Assembly: GCA_047601185.1 (NCBI GenBank)
Contig: JASGJS010000001.1
Span: forward strand, 897,118-961,117
DNA length: 64,000 nt
Direction: 5' to 3'
DNA from: Gammaproteobacteria bacterium
GTDB lineage: Bacteria; Pseudomonadota; Gammaproteobacteria; JAURND01
Shown here: piece by piece, positions 34,209 through 45,313 of the stretch
Layout of the letters: every line of letters starts with the position of its first letter
How positions within the stretch are numbered: position 1 is the first letter of the stretch
Notes under the pieces: generated by a model
Databases searched by the model: none
Seen by the model: the letters and a program-made list of their open reading frames with translations, nothing else
What the model was told of the DNA's origin: nothing
Translations under genes and position numbers: made by a program

Positions 34209-35551
34209 GCTAAAGCCCTCACTAAATTCATAAACACTTCACCGCGATCCTCAAAATTTTTGAACATATCAAAACTGGCGCAAGCCGGTGCGAGTAACAC
34301 AGCATCCCCCGTTTGCGCGGTGTGATGTGCTTGCTCCACAGCTTGTTGTAAAGAATCTGCTCGGATCATCGCTACGCACCCTTCGAAAGCAGCTTCCATC
34401 AGCGGCGCATCTTGACCAATCAAAATCAGTTGACGAACATATCGTGTTAAGGCGGATCGAAGTGGAGTAAAATCCGCATTTTTTCCCATCCCGCCCGCGA
34501 TGACAATGAGCTTGCCGTTGATATCCGCGCCCAATCCTTCAATGGCGGCTTTCGCTGCGCCCACATTGGTGGCTTTAGAATCATTATACCAACTGACGCC
34601 CTGATAGGTGGCAACCCATTGGCAGCGATGCGCTAAACCTTCAAAATTTTTCACCGTTTCTAACAGAGAGGAGAAGGGCATTCCAACCGCATGTCCTAAC
34701 GCCAGCGCCGCTAACACATTAGCTTGTTGGTGCTTGCCTTTCAATTTAATGGCATTGGTTGCCAGCAGATTTTCGGTGCCATACGCAAAATAATTTTCAC
34801 CTTGAATCCATCGAATCCCGAAATGTCCTGGCGCAGGCTCATCCAACCCAAAGCTCACCGCATCAGTTAACTGCAAATCTTGATAAGTATTAGGCTCATC
34901 TCGATTGACGATAGGGTTGGCGCAGTGTTGATAGATTCGTTGCTTAGCGGCCAGGTAAGCTTGCATAGTGGGATAACGATCCATATGATCTTCGCTGAGA
35001 TTTAACAGCACAGCCGCAGCGGGTTTTAAAGAATGGGTGGTCTCCAGCTGAAAACTGGATAATTCCAGGACAAAAAGTTGGGTGTGAGGTGACGCTAGTA
35101 AATCTAAAACTGGCGTGCCTAAATTACCGCCCACTTCCACTCGAATGCCTGCATCCTTAGCCATTTCACCCACCAGCGTTGTCACCGTGCTTTTGCCATT
35201 GCTGCCGGTGATCGCGATCACAGGGGATTGCGCAGTTTGAGCAAATAATTCAATATCGCCAATGGTCGGAATGCCACGTGCGTGTGCAGCTTGCAGAACA
35301 GGTTCTTGCAGTGATACCCCCGGGCTCACAATCAAACGACCGGCTTGCAGACACAACTCTGCATCAAAGCGCCCCAATGAAACGGGAATATTTGGAAAGG
35401 CTTGTTGTAATTCGGATAACCCCGGTGGCTCGCCGCGACTGTCTGTCACCGCCATCGGAAATTGGTGTTGCGCTAAAAAATGCACGCAGGATAGGCCGGT
35501 TTTACCTAAGCCTACAATGACCTGTAAGGGAGGGGTAGTTGTTTTGGCCAT
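34205..35551 (-). CDS. murD: UDP-N-acetylmuramoylalanine--D-glutamate ligase
   Basis: 'VIVGLGKTGLS' and 'ITGSNGKST' are Mur ligase motifs. Confidence 0.92.
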   Translation of the reverse strand: MAKTTTPPLQVIVGLGKTGLSCVHFLAQHQFPMAVTDSRGEPPGLSELQQAFPNIPVSLGRFDAELCLQAGRLIVSPGVSLQEPVLQAAHARGIPTIGDIELFAQTAQSPVIAITGSNGKSTVTTLVGEMAKDAGIRVEVGGNLGTPVLDLLASPHTQLFVLELSSFQLETTHSLKPAAAVLLNLSEDHMDRYPTMQAYLAAKQRIYQHCANPIVNRDEPNTYQDLQLTDAVSFGLDEPAPGHFGIRWIQGENYFAYGTENLLATNAIKLKGKHQQANVLAALALGHAVGMPFSSLLETVKNFEGLAHRCQWVATYQGVSWYNDSKATNVGAAKAAIEGLGADINGKLIVIAGGMGKNADFTPLRSALTRYVRQLILIGQDAPLMEAAFEGCVAMIRADSLQQAVEQAHHTAQTGDAVLLAPACASFDMFKNFEDRGEVFMNLVRALA

Positions 35552-35640
35552 TTTAATATCCTGATCCAGTCTTCCTCTGCTTGGTAGTTGATCATCAAGC
35601 CTTTACTTTCAAAGGCAGTGAACTCAGAGGAAACACTTAA

Positions 35641-35803
35641 AAGTTCGGTGTGGTGCCTTCTCCCCTTTTTGTGTGGGAGAAGGTGCCGATAGGCGGATGA
35701 GGGGGCCATATAGGCTTTTGATTAAAAAGGCCTCACCCCTCATCCGGCCTATTCGGCCACCTTCTCCCACAAGGGGAGAAGGAAACAGCTCGCCACTCTA
35801 AAC
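35641..35803. repeat. Family F2 inverted pair (units 35641-35705 and 35735-35803) directly upstream of murD, where mraY would be expected
   Basis: The two units are inverted around a 29-bp spacer. Confidence 0.8.
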
Positions 35804-35892
35804 TTCATAGCATCACCTTGTTGCAAAAAATGTCCTGCCAAGGGTCTTTCCTGTATACTGCGCAGTATATAATAACTTTAGGAAGAAAGAAT

Positions 35893-36660
35893 ATGCAATT
35901 TTGGCGATTTTTAAAATGGATCGGCATTCTATTCTGTTTTTTTAATCTTTTAGGGGTATATGCATTGCCGACGACCTGGCGCGTCGTGCAACCTGGGTTA
36001 GAATACGCTCGCTTAACCGATTTTGCAGGGTTCCCTGGCGGTTATATTCATGCGTTTCGGATTGATTTATCCAAATTCACCTTCAATGTTGTTAACGTCC
36101 CCACTGATGAACAAGGCGGCCAAACCATCCCCACCTTAATGCAACGCGAAGGCGCTATCATCGCCACCAACGGCGGTTTTTTCTCACCCGATTTTAAACC
36201 CTTAGGCCTGCGAATTAATGCCGGCCAACAATCCAGCCATTTGCATCCTACCGCATGGTGGGGGGTATTTTATATTCAGCAGGATCAAGCTAAAATTGTC
36301 GCGCGTAATCTTTATCATCCCGAAGGCATGCCTGAATTTGCGTTGCAAGCTGGACCCCGCTTATTAATTGATGGCAAAATTCCTCAACTCAAACCGGATA
36401 TTGATGATAGAACCGCCATGGGCATCACCGCTGATGGCAAAGTCATCCTGCTCGCTACGGAAAATGTGTTGTTATCGACAGGACAATTGGCGGAAATTAT
36501 GCAGCGTTCTGCGCTAGAAGGAGGGTTAGATTGTGTCAATGCCATCAATTTAGATGGCGGTCATTCTACGCAGATTTATACCCGATTACCGAATTTGAAT
36601 GTACAAGTATCCAGTTTTGCGCCCGTGGCGGATGTGGTGTTAGTTCGGTCTAAAAAGTGA
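35893..36660 (+). CDS. phosphodiester glycosidase-family protein (DUF2233-like), secreted or membrane-anchored
   Basis: N-terminal hydrophobic segment, then 'ATNGGFF..LG' and 'NLDGGHSTQ', which resemble the NAGPA/DUF2233 fold. The start is chosen at the Met with 'GGAAGAAAGAAT' upstream. The ORF extends to 35818. Confidence 0.5.
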   Translation: MQFWRFLKWIGILFCFFNLLGVYALPTTWRVVQPGLEYARLTDFAGFPGGYIHAFRIDLSKFTFNVVNVPTDEQGGQTIPTLMQREGAIIATNGGFFSPDFKPLGLRINAGQQSSHLHPTAWWGVFYIQQDQAKIVARNLYHPEGMPEFALQAGPRLLIDGKIPQLKPDIDDRTAMGITADGKVILLATENVLLSTGQLAEIMQRSALEGGLDCVNAINLDGGHSTQIYTRLPNLNVQVSSFAPVADVVLVRSKK

Positions 36661-36667
36661 GAAATGC

Positions 36668-37429
36668 ATGTCAAACGATAACCCATTCGATAAAGTAACA
36701 GACTTTGGTTTCCAACAAGTCTCGCTCAGCGAAAAAACCGAAAAAGTGACCGCGGTTTTTCATTCAGTTGCCGAAAAATACGACTTAATGAATGATTTGA
36801 TGTCACTGGGCGTACATCGTTTATGGAAACGGTATGTGGTGGGTTTAGCGCAAGTGCGAACAGGTCAAATGATTTTAGATTTAGCGGGCGGAACGGGCGA
36901 TCTCACCAAAAGAATGGCGCCCAACGTCGGCCCAACCGGCAAAGTCATTTTGTGCGATATTAATGCTGCCATGTTAGAACGTGGCCGAGATCGATTAATC
37001 GATGCGGGGATTGTAAACGCTGTCGACTACGTGCAAGCCAATGCCGAAGCGTTACCTTTCCCCGACAATTATTTCGACACCATCACCATCGCCTTCGGTC
37101 TGCGTAATGTCACCCGCAAACAGCAAGCGCTAGAAGAAATGTGCAGAGTTTTGAAACCGGGCGGCAAATTATTAATTTTAGAATTCTCCCATTTAAAAAA
37201 TCCCTTATTCAGCGCCGCCTATGATGCCTACTCCTTCAATATCCTGCCCCAAATCGGCCAATGGGTGGCAGGCGATGCAGACAGTTATCGTTATTTAGCA
37301 GAATCCATTCGCCGTCATCCTAACCAAGAAACCTTAAAACAATTTATGGAAGCCGCCGGATTTTTTCAATGTGACTATCAAAATTTAAGTGGTGGCATTG
37401 TCGCACTCCATCGAGGCTATAAAATATGA
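36668..37429 (+). CDS. ubiE: ubiquinone/menaquinone biosynthesis C-methyltransferase
   Basis: '[11 protein letters not shown]' SAM motif and '[17 protein letters not shown]', a conserved UbiE block. Confidence 0.92.
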   Translation: MSNDNPFDKVTDFGFQQVSLSEKTEKVTAVFHSVAEKYDLMNDLMSLGVHRLWKRYVVGLAQVRTGQMILDLAGGTGDLTKRMAPNVGPTGKVILCDINAAMLERGRDRLIDAGIVNAVDYVQANAEALPFPDNYFDTITIAFGLRNVTRKQQALEEMCRVLKPGGKLLILEFSHLKNPLFSAAYDAYSFNILPQIGQWVAGDADSYRYLAESIRRHPNQETLKQFMEAAGFFQCDYQNLSGGIVALHRGYKI

Positions 37430-38040
37430 AACGCCTCTTGCTCACGGGTTTAAATCAAGCCTTGCAGCGATACTTACAGCTCGATCCCGAAATCCTCACC
37501 CGCATCGCGCCGTTATCTGGTAAGGTCATTCAAGTGGAAATGACTCAACCGACATTGACGTGCTATTTAATGCCGCATGCGCAAGGAATCACCTTAAGCG
37601 ATCAACCCAGCGGCGAAATTGATGCGAGCATTCAAGGTTCAGCGTGGCAATTATTTCGGGCGAATACTGCCGATGCTGCCAATAGAGCCCACGCAACGCG
37701 AAATTTAAACCTAACGGGTGATATTTTATTAGCACAACAACTCAGCCAAATCTTACAAGCCGTGCAGATCGATTGGGAAGAAACTCTCTCCAAAGGCGTA
37801 GGCGACACGCTCGCTCACCAAATGGGTCAAACCGCGCGCCGTATGAAAAGTTGGTTGCAAACCACTGCCCACAATCTACGGCAAAACACCCGCGATTATA
37901 TCCACTATGAAGCACAGGTTTTACCCACCGGTGCTGAACTCGAGACGTTCTACCAAGAAATTTATCAGCTACAACAAGATGTCGATCGAATCGAAGCGAC
38001 ACTCGCATGCTCAGCAGGAGAAAACCGTGAAAACCCCTAA
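37426..38040 (+). CDS. ubiJ: ubiquinone biosynthesis accessory factor (SCP2 domain)
   Basis: Lies between ubiE and ubiB, as yigP/ubiJ does. Helical and hydrophobic at the N-terminus. Confidence 0.65.
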   Translation: MKRLLLTGLNQALQRYLQLDPEILTRIAPLSGKVIQVEMTQPTLTCYLMPHAQGITLSDQPSGEIDASIQGSAWQLFRANTADAANRAHATRNLNLTGDILLAQQLSQILQAVQIDWEETLSKGVGDTLAHQMGQTARRMKSWLQTTAHNLRQNTRDYIHYEAQVLPTGAELETFYQEIYQLQQDVDRIEATLACSAGENRENP

Positions 38041-39664
38041 ACAACTGCTACGGTTATTCTACATCAATTACGTGATTTATCGACGCGGCCTCGATCAACT
38101 GGTCTGGACTTCGCCGCGCTGGCAAATGTTACGGCTGTTCAGTTATCTCAACCCATGGAATTGGTGGCGCCGTGAAGTGGCGCGGGGCTTAAGCATTCGA
38201 TTAGCCCTCGAAGATTTAGGCCCAATTTTTATCAAGTTCGGACAAATTTTATCCACCCGTCCTGATCTCATCCCCGAAGATATTTTAGTCGAACTCCAAA
38301 AATTGCAAGATCAAGTCCCACCGTTCCCTTCGAGTGAAGCGGTACAGATGTTAGAAAAAAATTATGGGCGTCCCTTATCACAAGTCTTTGCAGAATTCGA
38401 TCAACAGCCGCTCGCTTCAGCCTCCATTGCACAAGTCCATGCAGCCACATTGGTCAATGGGAAAAAAGTTGTTGTTAAAATTCAGCGCCCCCATATCGCC
38501 AAAATCATTCAACGCGATGTCGGTTTGTTATACACCATTGCCCACTTAGCCGAAAAATTCTGGTCACGCGGCAAACATTTACGCGCTGTAGAATTGGTCA
38601 AAGAATTAGACCTCACCTTGCGCGATGAATTAGACTTCATGTTCGAAGCCGCCAACGCTTCACAACTGCGTCGCAACTTTTCGCACTCCCCCATTTTATA
38701 TATTCCTGAAATACAGTGGGATTATTGCTCCTCCACCGTATTAGTGATGGAGCGAATCAAGGGTATTCCTGTTTCAGATAAAATAGCATTACAAGCCGCT
38801 CACGTTGACTTAAAACGTTTAGCTGAGCGCGGTGTCGAAATTTTTTTCACCCAAGTCTTTCGCGATGGATTTTTTCATGCCGACATGCACCCCGGCAATA
38901 TTTTTGTGTCGCCAGATGAGCCGCAAAATCCCCATTATATCGCCGTCGATTTTGGCATTGTCGGCACCCTCAGTCCCAAAGATCGTCATTACCTAGAAGA
39001 AAATATTTTAGCGTTCTTTCGACGCAATTATCGACGGGTCGCACTGTTGCATATTGAATCCGGTTGGGTGCCCCCCGACACCCGTGTCGAATTATTTGAA
39101 TCCGCTATTCGCACCGTCTGCGAACCTGTTTTCGAAAGGCCGTTACAAGATATTTCGTTTGCGCAATTACTGTCACGATTGTTTCAAGTGGCCAGCCGCT
39201 TTAAAATGGAAGTGCAACCCCAACTGTTTTTATTGCAAAAAACCTTATTCAATATAGAAGGCTTAGGGCGAAAGTTGTATCCACAACTCGATTTATGGGC
39301 CACCGCTAAACCTTTGTTAGAGCGGAATATTCGACAACGCTATAAACTCAAAGCCACTCTAAAACAAGCGCATGAAAAAGCGCCTTATGTGCTGAAGGAT
39401 TTAGCGATGCTGCCGGGATTATGGGCGGATTCATTGCAACAACAAAAACAGCAAAACTTGCAAGCAGTGTGGCAGCAAAAAAATCTGCCGAATAGAAAAA
39501 TGCATTCTACAGGATTTTTAAGGGGATTGGGGTTGGGGTGTTTGGTGCTCGCTGCGGTAAGTTATTTTATTTTACCCAGCGTAACGCCTTTATGGTATGG
39601 TATTACCGTAGGGGTAGGGGCTCTAAGTATGCTATTGGCAACCCGAGGTTATTCGGACACTTAA
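38027..39664 (+). CDS. ubiB: ubiquinone biosynthesis regulatory kinase-like protein (ABC1 family)
   Basis: '..YSPWNWWRRE..LEDLGPIFIKFGQILSTRPDL' is the UbiB N-terminus. The start is placed at an in-frame GTG (38027) where homology begins. The longer ORF from 37907 overlaps ubiJ. Confidence 0.88.
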   Translation: MKTPKQLLRLFYINYVIYRRGLDQLVWTSPRWQMLRLFSYLNPWNWWRREVARGLSIRLALEDLGPIFIKFGQILSTRPDLIPEDILVELQKLQDQVPPFPSSEAVQMLEKNYGRPLSQVFAEFDQQPLASASIAQVHAATLVNGKKVVVKIQRPHIAKIIQRDVGLLYTIAHLAEKFWSRGKHLRAVELVKELDLTLRDELDFMFEAANASQLRRNFSHSPILYIPEIQWDYCSSTVLVMERIKGIPVSDKIALQAAHVDLKRLAERGVEIFFTQVFRDGFFHADMHPGNIFVSPDEPQNPHYIAVDFGIVGTLSPKDRHYLEENILAFFRRNYRRVALLHIESGWVPPDTRVELFESAIRTVCEPVFERPLQDISFAQLLSRLFQVASRFKMEVQPQLFLLQKTLFNIEGLGRKLYPQLDLWATAKPLLERNIRQRYKLKATLKQAHEKAPYVLKDLAMLPGLWADSLQQQKQQNLQAVWQQKNLPNRKMHSTGFLRGLGLGCLVLAAVSYFILPSVTPLWYGITVGVGALSMLLATRGYSDT

Positions 39665-39717
39665 GTATTGAGTGGCATCAGCAGAGGCTCCCAAGTATCC
39701 ATAGTACTTAAGTATAA

Positions 39718-39871
39718 AGAAGCACCCAAGTAAGGCTGCAGGTGTCGGGGAGAAGTATTTAAGACTCTCTTTTTCATGGACGAAAAAGAGAAGCCTACAG
39801 GGACGTATTCACGGCGTGTCTTAAATACTTCTCCCCGACACCTGCAGCCGGATGTGTGGCACCGACCAATG
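39718..39871. repeat. Family F3 hairpin element, copy D (same orientation as copy C), between ubiB and pfkA
   Basis: Perfect stem 'GCTGCAGGTGTCGGGGAGAAGTATTTAAGAC' / 'GTCTTAAATACTTCTCCCCGACACCTGCAGC'. The core and small hairpin 'TCTCTTTTTCATGGACGAAAAAGAGA' are conserved. Confidence 0.75.
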
Positions 39872-39901
39872 CTTATGAGTGGCAATAAGTAAAAGACTTA
39901 T

Positions 39902-39965
39902 TCCCCCCTCATCCGCCTATCGGCACCTTCTCCCACAAAAAAGGGGAGAAGGGAACCACCTCAAA
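39902..39965. repeat. Family F2 single unit ('GAACCACCTCAAAG' tail subfamily)
   Basis: 'CCCCCCTCATCCGCCTATCGGCACCTTCTCCCACAAAAAAGGGGAGAAGGGAACCACCTCAAAG'. Confidence 0.8.
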
Positions 39966-40014
39966 GTTTTGCGGGGTTTCGGTCTCGGTGCTTGAATAAA
40001 AAAAGAGGAGTGTT

Positions 40015-40998
40015 ATGACAAATACGCTAAAAAAAATGTTAATCCTAACCTCAGGTGGAGACGCGCCGGGGATGAATGCCGCCATTCGCGCCGCGCTGCG
40101 CACCGCATTATCGCACGGGATTGAAGTGTATGGCTGTGAAGGCGGCTATCGCGGCTTAATCGAAAAAAATGCCTTTCCTTTCGCCTCGCGTGATGTCGCA
40201 AATTCCATTCAACGCGGCGGCACCATTTTAAAAACCGATCGCTGCGAAGAATTTCTCAAAAAAGAAGTCCGCGATGAATGCCGAGCCTATTTAAAATCAT
40301 TAGGGATTGACGCACTCGCCGTATTAGGCGGCGACGGCAGCTTTCGAGGCGCCTATACCCTAGAAAAAGAAGGTGGTCCTCGAACTGTCGGTATTCCTTG
40401 CACCATCGACAATGATATTGTCGGCACCGATTATACTTTAGGATTCGACACCGCCTGCAACACCGCCCTCCAAGCCATCGATAAAATTCGCGACACCGCC
40501 TTCAGCCTCAACCGCCATTTTTTAGTCGAAGTGATGGGAAGAGCCGCCGGTTTTCTCGCCGTCGATGTCGGCATTGCCGGTGGCGCTGAATTCATTTTGA
40601 TTCCCGAAGTCCCCATCACCGAAGCAGAATTGGTGCGATACATCCAAAATCGCCGTCGCAAAAAACTCGCCTCGATTATCGTTGTGGCAGAAGCCGGCTA
40701 TCCCGGTCGTAGCATGCGCATGGCAGAAAACATCAAAGCCATCAGTGGCCTCTCCTACAAAGTGTGTATTTTAGGCCATATTCAACGCGGCGGCGCCCCC
40801 ACCGTCAAAGATCGCAAAATCGCCTCCCTCATGGGCTATTTAGCGGTTGAATCCTTACTCAAAGGCGAAACCCAACAAATGATCGCCTGCCATGAAGATC
40901 GCTTAATTGCCGCACCCTTTCCAGATCCCTCACAAGGCGCACGGCATTTTACCCATGAAGAATTATTAAAGATTAATCAGATTATTTGCGGAATATAA
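40015..40998 (+). CDS. pfkA: 6-phosphofructokinase
   Basis: '[16 protein letters not shown]' and 'VLGGDGS', then 'PCTIDNDI' and 'VEVMGR', which are PFK catalytic motifs. Confidence 0.88.
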   Translation: MTNTLKKMLILTSGGDAPGMNAAIRAALRTALSHGIEVYGCEGGYRGLIEKNAFPFASRDVANSIQRGGTILKTDRCEEFLKKEVRDECRAYLKSLGIDALAVLGGDGSFRGAYTLEKEGGPRTVGIPCTIDNDIVGTDYTLGFDTACNTALQAIDKIRDTAFSLNRHFLVEVMGRAAGFLAVDVGIAGGAEFILIPEVPITEAELVRYIQNRRRKKLASIIVVAEAGYPGRSMRMAENIKAISGLSYKVCILGHIQRGGAPTVKDRKIASLMGYLAVESLLKGETQQMIACHEDRLIAAPFPDPSQGARHFTHEELLKINQIICGI

Positions 40999-41002
40999 AG
41001 TC

Positions 41003-42577
41003 ATGCAGCCTGCGTCTCGTCGAACCTTCGCCATTATTTCACACCCCGATGCCGGTAAAACCACCCTCACCGAAAAATTATTATTATTTGGGGGTGCGAT
41101 TCAATTGGCAGGCACCGTCAAAGGCCGCAAAGCCAGCCGTCATGCCACTTCCGATTGGATGGAGCTCGAAAAGCAACGCGGCATTTCCGTCACCACCTCC
41201 GTGATGCAATTTCCGTATCGCGATCTAATCATGAACCTGCTGGATACCCCCGGTCACGAAGATTTTTCGGAAGACACCTACCGTACCTTAACTGCCGTAG
41301 ATTCCGCCTTAATGGTGATCGACGCTGCCAAAGGGGTAGAGCCACGCACCATCAAACTGCTCGAAGTGTGCCGACTCCGCAATATCCCCATTTTAACTTT
41401 CATCAATAAAATGGATAGAGACACCCGCGAGCCGATTGAATTGCTCGATGAAATTGAATCGATTTTAAAAATCCGTTGCGCACCGATGACCTGGCCGATT
41501 GGCATGGGCAAAGCGTTTAAAGGCGTCTACCATCTCAAACAACAAGCTATTTATCACTACAGCAGCGGCAAAGGCGAACGCATTCAACCTATCGAAAAAC
41601 TGGCGGGTTTAGACGATCCTAAACTAGAAACATTACTGGCCGAATACACCGCAGCATTCAGAGAAGAAATGCAGTTAGTATTAGGCGCAACCCATGATTT
41701 CGATCTGCAAGCTTATTTAGCTGGGCAATTAACCCCGGTATTTTTTGGATCAGCGCTCAATAATTTTGGTGTGAGAGAATTGTTAGACGCATTAGTGGAA
41801 TATGCTCCAGCCACTCAGCCCCGTAGCACTTTAACGCGTGAAGTTGCTCCAACTGAAGACAAATTCACCGGTTTTGTCTTTAAAATCCAAGCCAATATGG
41901 ATCCCGCCCATCGCGACCGCATTGCTTTTTTACGCGTGTGTTCAGGCCGTTACACCAGCGGCATGAAAATGCATCATGTACGCATCGGTCGCGATATTCA
42001 GGTGCATCAAGCCTTAACTTTTATGGCAGGCGAACGTGATCACGTGCAAGAGGCGTATCCCGGCGATATTATTGGATTGCATAATCACGGCACCATTCAG
42101 ATTGGCGACACCTTCACCCAAGGTGAGAATTTAACCTTCACCGGCATTCCGTATTTTGCTCCGGAAATCTTCCGAATTGTCAGACTGAAAGATCCGCTTA
42201 AAATGAAAGCCTTACAAAAAGGATTAGCGCAGTTGTCTGAAGAGGGCGCTACCCAAATTTTCAAACCGCTCACCAGCAATGATTGGATTTTAGGGGCAGT
42301 AGGCGTGCTACAATTTGACGTGGTCGCTTATCGATTGAAACACGAATATCATGTCGAATGTGCGTATGAATCTGCGACGGTCTCGACAGTACGCTGGGTG
42401 AAATGTGAAGATAAAAAGAAGCTCGAAGAATTTAAACAAGCCGCGATGGGCCATTTAGCGTTAGATTCGGGCGATAACTTGGCTTATTTGGCGCCCAACC
42501 GCGTCAATTTAAATCTGACCCAAGAACGTTGGCCTACCATTCAGTTTTTAGCCACGCGCGAGCATCAAAGTGCCTAG
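41003..42577 (+). CDS. prfC: peptide chain release factor 3
   Basis: '[29 protein letters not shown]' is near-identical in pattern to E. coli RF3. 524 aa. Confidence 0.95.
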   Translation: MQPASRRTFAIISHPDAGKTTLTEKLLLFGGAIQLAGTVKGRKASRHATSDWMELEKQRGISVTTSVMQFPYRDLIMNLLDTPGHEDFSEDTYRTLTAVDSALMVIDAAKGVEPRTIKLLEVCRLRNIPILTFINKMDRDTREPIELLDEIESILKIRCAPMTWPIGMGKAFKGVYHLKQQAIYHYSSGKGERIQPIEKLAGLDDPKLETLLAEYTAAFREEMQLVLGATHDFDLQAYLAGQLTPVFFGSALNNFGVRELLDALVEYAPATQPRSTLTREVAPTEDKFTGFVFKIQANMDPAHRDRIAFLRVCSGRYTSGMKMHHVRIGRDIQVHQALTFMAGERDHVQEAYPGDIIGLHNHGTIQIGDTFTQGENLTFTGIPYFAPEIFRIVRLKDPLKMKALQKGLAQLSEEGATQIFKPLTSNDWILGAVGVLQFDVVAYRLKHEYHVECAYESATVSTVRWVKCEDKKKLEEFKQAAMGHLALDSGDNLAYLAPNRVNLNLTQERWPTIQFLATREHQSA

Positions 42578-42633
42578 TGCAATACAACAACAATTAGACT
42601 ATAAAAATAGCTATACTCTCTAAAGGGGAAAAT

Positions 42634-43638
42634 ATGACATACGATATCGCAATTTTAGGTGCAACAGGGGTAGTGGGCAGTGCTTTTATCAGCATTTTAG
42701 AGCAGCGGGAATTTCCGGTAGGCAAATTATATCCCCTCGCCAGCGAACGCTCCGTCGGCGAAACCATCCAATTTCGTGATCAAACCATTCCTGTGTTAAA
42801 CGCCGCCGATTTTGACTTTTCCCAGGCGCAAATTGGGTTATTTTCCCCCGGCGCTGCTGTCTCCGCCATTTACGCCCCTTTAGCAGCAGATGCCGGTTGC
42901 GTGGTCATCGATAATACTTCACAGTTCCGTTATGATCCCGATATCCCTCTTGTCGTCCCCGAAGTCAATCCTGAAGCGATCGCCGATTATCGTAACCGCT
43001 CGATCATAGCCAATCCCAACTGTTCCACCATCCAGCTCGTTGTAGCTCTAAAGCCCATTTATGATGCAGTAGGAATTAAACGGGTAAATGTCGCGACCTA
43101 CCAATCAGTATCAGGCAAGGGCAAAGCGGGTATTGATGCGTTAATCCACGAAACAGCGCATTTGTTAAACGGCCAGCCGGTACGACCTGATGCTTTTACC
43201 GCCCAAATCGCCTTTAACGTGATTCCACAAATTGATGAGTTCCAAGATAATGGCTATACCCGCGAAGAGATGAAAATCCTTTGGGAAACACAGAAAATTT
43301 TGGGGGACTCCAATATTCAAGTCAATGCCACCGCAGTAAGGGTCCCTGTGTTTTATGGGCATTCCGAAGCGGTCCACATTGAAACCGAGCATAAAATCAC
43401 AGCAGACCAAGCACGGGAATTACTTCGCGCTGCCCCGGGGATTTTATTACTGGATGAAGGGCAATATCCTACCCCTGCTCAAGAAACAGAAATGGACGCG
43501 GTGTATGTGGGGCGGGTTAGAGAAGATATCAGCCATCCACAGGGGTTGAATTTGTGGGTAGTGGCGGATAATGTGCGCAAAGGCGCAGCGTTGAATGCAG
43601 TGCAGATTGCGGAGATTTTGGTGAGGGAGTATTGGTAG
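42634..43638 (+). CDS. asd: aspartate-semialdehyde dehydrogenase
   Basis: 'ILGATGVVG' NAD-binding motif and 'ANPNCSTIQL' active-site Cys. Confidence 0.85.
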   Translation: MTYDIAILGATGVVGSAFISILEQREFPVGKLYPLASERSVGETIQFRDQTIPVLNAADFDFSQAQIGLFSPGAAVSAIYAPLAADAGCVVIDNTSQFRYDPDIPLVVPEVNPEAIADYRNRSIIANPNCSTIQLVVALKPIYDAVGIKRVNVATYQSVSGKGKAGIDALIHETAHLLNGQPVRPDAFTAQIAFNVIPQIDEFQDNGYTREEMKILWETQKILGDSNIQVNATAVRVPVFYGHSEAVHIETEHKITADQARELLRAAPGILLLDEGQYPTPAQETEMDAVYVGRVREDISHPQGLNLWVVADNVRKGAALNAVQIAEILVREYW

Positions 43639-43648
43639 TAATAAGACT

Positions 43649-44578
43649 TTAACGAGTGGAAGAAATAGATATACAGTTTTCTAAATCGTCGTCGCTCAGA
43701 GGACTTTCACTCTCAGACATACAGTGCATCATATCTGTCGTATTCATAGAACCTTCAAAATTAGAAGGTAAAGCTTGGCGAGGCTTGCGATCACTCGGCG
43801 CCAAAGCGGTTTTAGCCGCATGTCCTTGACCACCGTTATGATATTTGACTAATGCCTCAAAATCTCTGATAAATGGATCTGTTTGAGTGGATTTTTTGAA
43901 TAGTAAGTTAGTGCTTTCCCGGGTGTCAGTTTTCTTAATTTCATCAGGTTTAGGTGGACGAACCCATGAAGCCCAAGAGTTGCCGTAACTACCTCCTATG
44001 AGGGTTGCTGTAACAGGAAATGACCATGCGTTTGTGTGAAATTGATCAAAAAATCGTTCAATGAGCTCAGCTGATTTGCCAGTAGCTAAACCCCAGGCCA
44101 TACCGAGCAACGTTAGCATCACACCACAAACAATCGCACTTTCTGGGTAACCAAACCCTCCAAACTGATTGACAACGGTGGAGATACCCAATTTATCAGC
44201 AGCATCAAGCAAATGGGGTTGTTGCCAACCTAAAGCTAAAAACGTGCAGGTGGCGCCAAATCCCATTAACCCAATAGCCTCCCCCCAGGCACGTGCACTT
44301 GCTGCCCGCTCGTTTCGAGTACTGGAGCGTTTAGTTTGAGCACTTTCGCTTTTCAAGTTTTGGGAAATATCTTGTAAGTCTTTCAATCCCTCCCAATAAT
44401 AAAACGAATACAAAGGCAGGTAGCTCAATGCAGCAGTGAGGAAGCGTGAAGACAGTTTGTCAGTTTTGGGAGAATAGAGCTGATAAAACCAATGGTTGTT
44501 GACTTGACTTGTATCAGTTTTTTTTGGCTCGGTGTGAGTTGTGGTCTTGGCGGACTGTTCTATAGGCGTTTTGGACAT
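43649..44578 (-). CDS. hypothetical membrane protein, member of a local paralog family (effector candidate, acidic C-terminus)
   Basis: 309 aa. 'NHWFYQLYS..SYLPLYSFYYWEGL' block, glycine-rich amphipathic helices, and C-terminus 'SESESPLSDDDLEN'. A strong -10 'TATAAT' lies at 44612-44617. Confidence 0.55.
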   Translation of the reverse strand: MSKTPIEQSAKTTTHTEPKKTDTSQVNNHWFYQLYSPKTDKLSSRFLTAALSYLPLYSFYYWEGLKDLQDISQNLKSESAQTKRSSTRNERAASARAWGEAIGLMGFGATCTFLALGWQQPHLLDAADKLGISTVVNQFGGFGYPESAIVCGVMLTLLGMAWGLATGKSAELIERFFDQFHTNAWSFPVTATLIGGSYGNSWASWVRPPKPDEIKKTDTRESTNLLFKKSTQTDPFIRDFEALVKYHNGGQGHAAKTALAPSDRKPRQALPSNFEGSMNTTDMMHCMSESESPLSDDDLENCISISSTR

Positions 44579-44639
44579 GATTTTAGCTTATGTAAGGACA
44601 TTAAGCGTATTATACGGGGGTAAGCTTAAATTTATATTA

Positions 44640-44740
44640 AGCGGGCAAGCTGCCCGCGCTCCCAAGTTTTGCGCCCCTCCATCGCAAAGCGCCAATGGGA
44701 GTTTCCTGCCTTCTTAAGCCTTAAGATAACTACTAAAACT
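44640..44740. repeat. Family F1 truncated copy (left TIR plus about 75 bp internal), abutted by an F2 unit
   Basis: 'AAGCGGGCAAGCTGCCCGCGCTCCCAAGTTTTGCGCC..' matches F1 left ends (e.g. 53638). No right TIR. Confidence 0.7.
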
Positions 44741-44741
44741 T

Positions 44742-44806
44742 GAAGTGGTGAGCTGTTGCCTTCTCCCCTCCGTGGGAGAAGGTGCCCGATAGGGCGGATG
44801 AGGGGG
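44742..44806. repeat. Family F2 single unit nested against a truncated F1
   Basis: 'GAAGTGGTGAGCTGTTGCCTTCTCCCCTCCGTGGGAGAAGGTGCCCGATAGGGCGGATGAGGGGG'. Confidence 0.8.
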
Positions 44807-44892
44807 AGGGGGATTTAAAAAAAAGAATTTTAACGGTAAGTCAAATTTACCCCACCGGCATCTCGACGACTTCTGTCACTGATCTCCGCCTC

Positions 44893-45248
44893 TTACTCAG
44901 GAGGATTAGACAGCATCGTTTTGCTCTCACTCTGTGAATTTCTACGCTCAACGATTGGCACTGGCGCTATCATCGCTTGATCCAACAAAACCTGCCCCCC
45001 TTTCCCGCCAATCAACGTTGCCAAAACCCCTTTACCCTTCAATAGCGGCTCCCAGGTAGATAACTGAACACCGAGGTGCTGGCGCATTGAGCAGCGGTTC
45101 GGTAAATAGTTTGTGCATTTTCCTCGTCATTTCCGTATAATTGGTAGATCCAAGCGTTTTTAAGGGTGTTTATATTAGCTTCAGTCGGTGTTGTGCGAGG
45201 ATCTGTCATAATAATTTCCACTATATAATGGTGTAAATTGTGATTCAT
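44893..45248 (-). pseudogene. frameshifted and truncated paralog of the 43649..44578 gene
   Basis: Two consecutive minus-strand ORFs (45039..45248 and 44893..45087), when joined, read 'NAWIYQLYG..SYLPGSRY/LSTWEPLLKG'. This parallels 'NHWFYQLYS..SYLPLYSFYYWEGLKD'. The remainder is replaced by repeat units. Confidence 0.45.
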
Positions 45249-45313
45249 TATAATAAAAATAATAGGCTTCGCAAGATCAACAGGGTTATCTCAAATTTAT
45301 TGAGTTTCTAACG

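Noticed and set aside
37907..38026. N-terminal extension of the ubiB ORF from 37907
   Set aside because: It overlaps ubiJ in another frame. UbiB homology starts at the in-frame GTG at 38027.
39661..40201. ORFs 39661..39885, 39909..40103 and 40013..40201 (all -)
   Set aside because: They lie over F3 and F2 repeat copies and the pfkA 5' end. They have no coding signal beyond repeat structure.
44893..45248. Calling 44893..45087 and 45039..45248 as two separate small genes
   Set aside because: Together they align to a single paralog (43649..44578) across a frameshift. They are better explained as one pseudogene.
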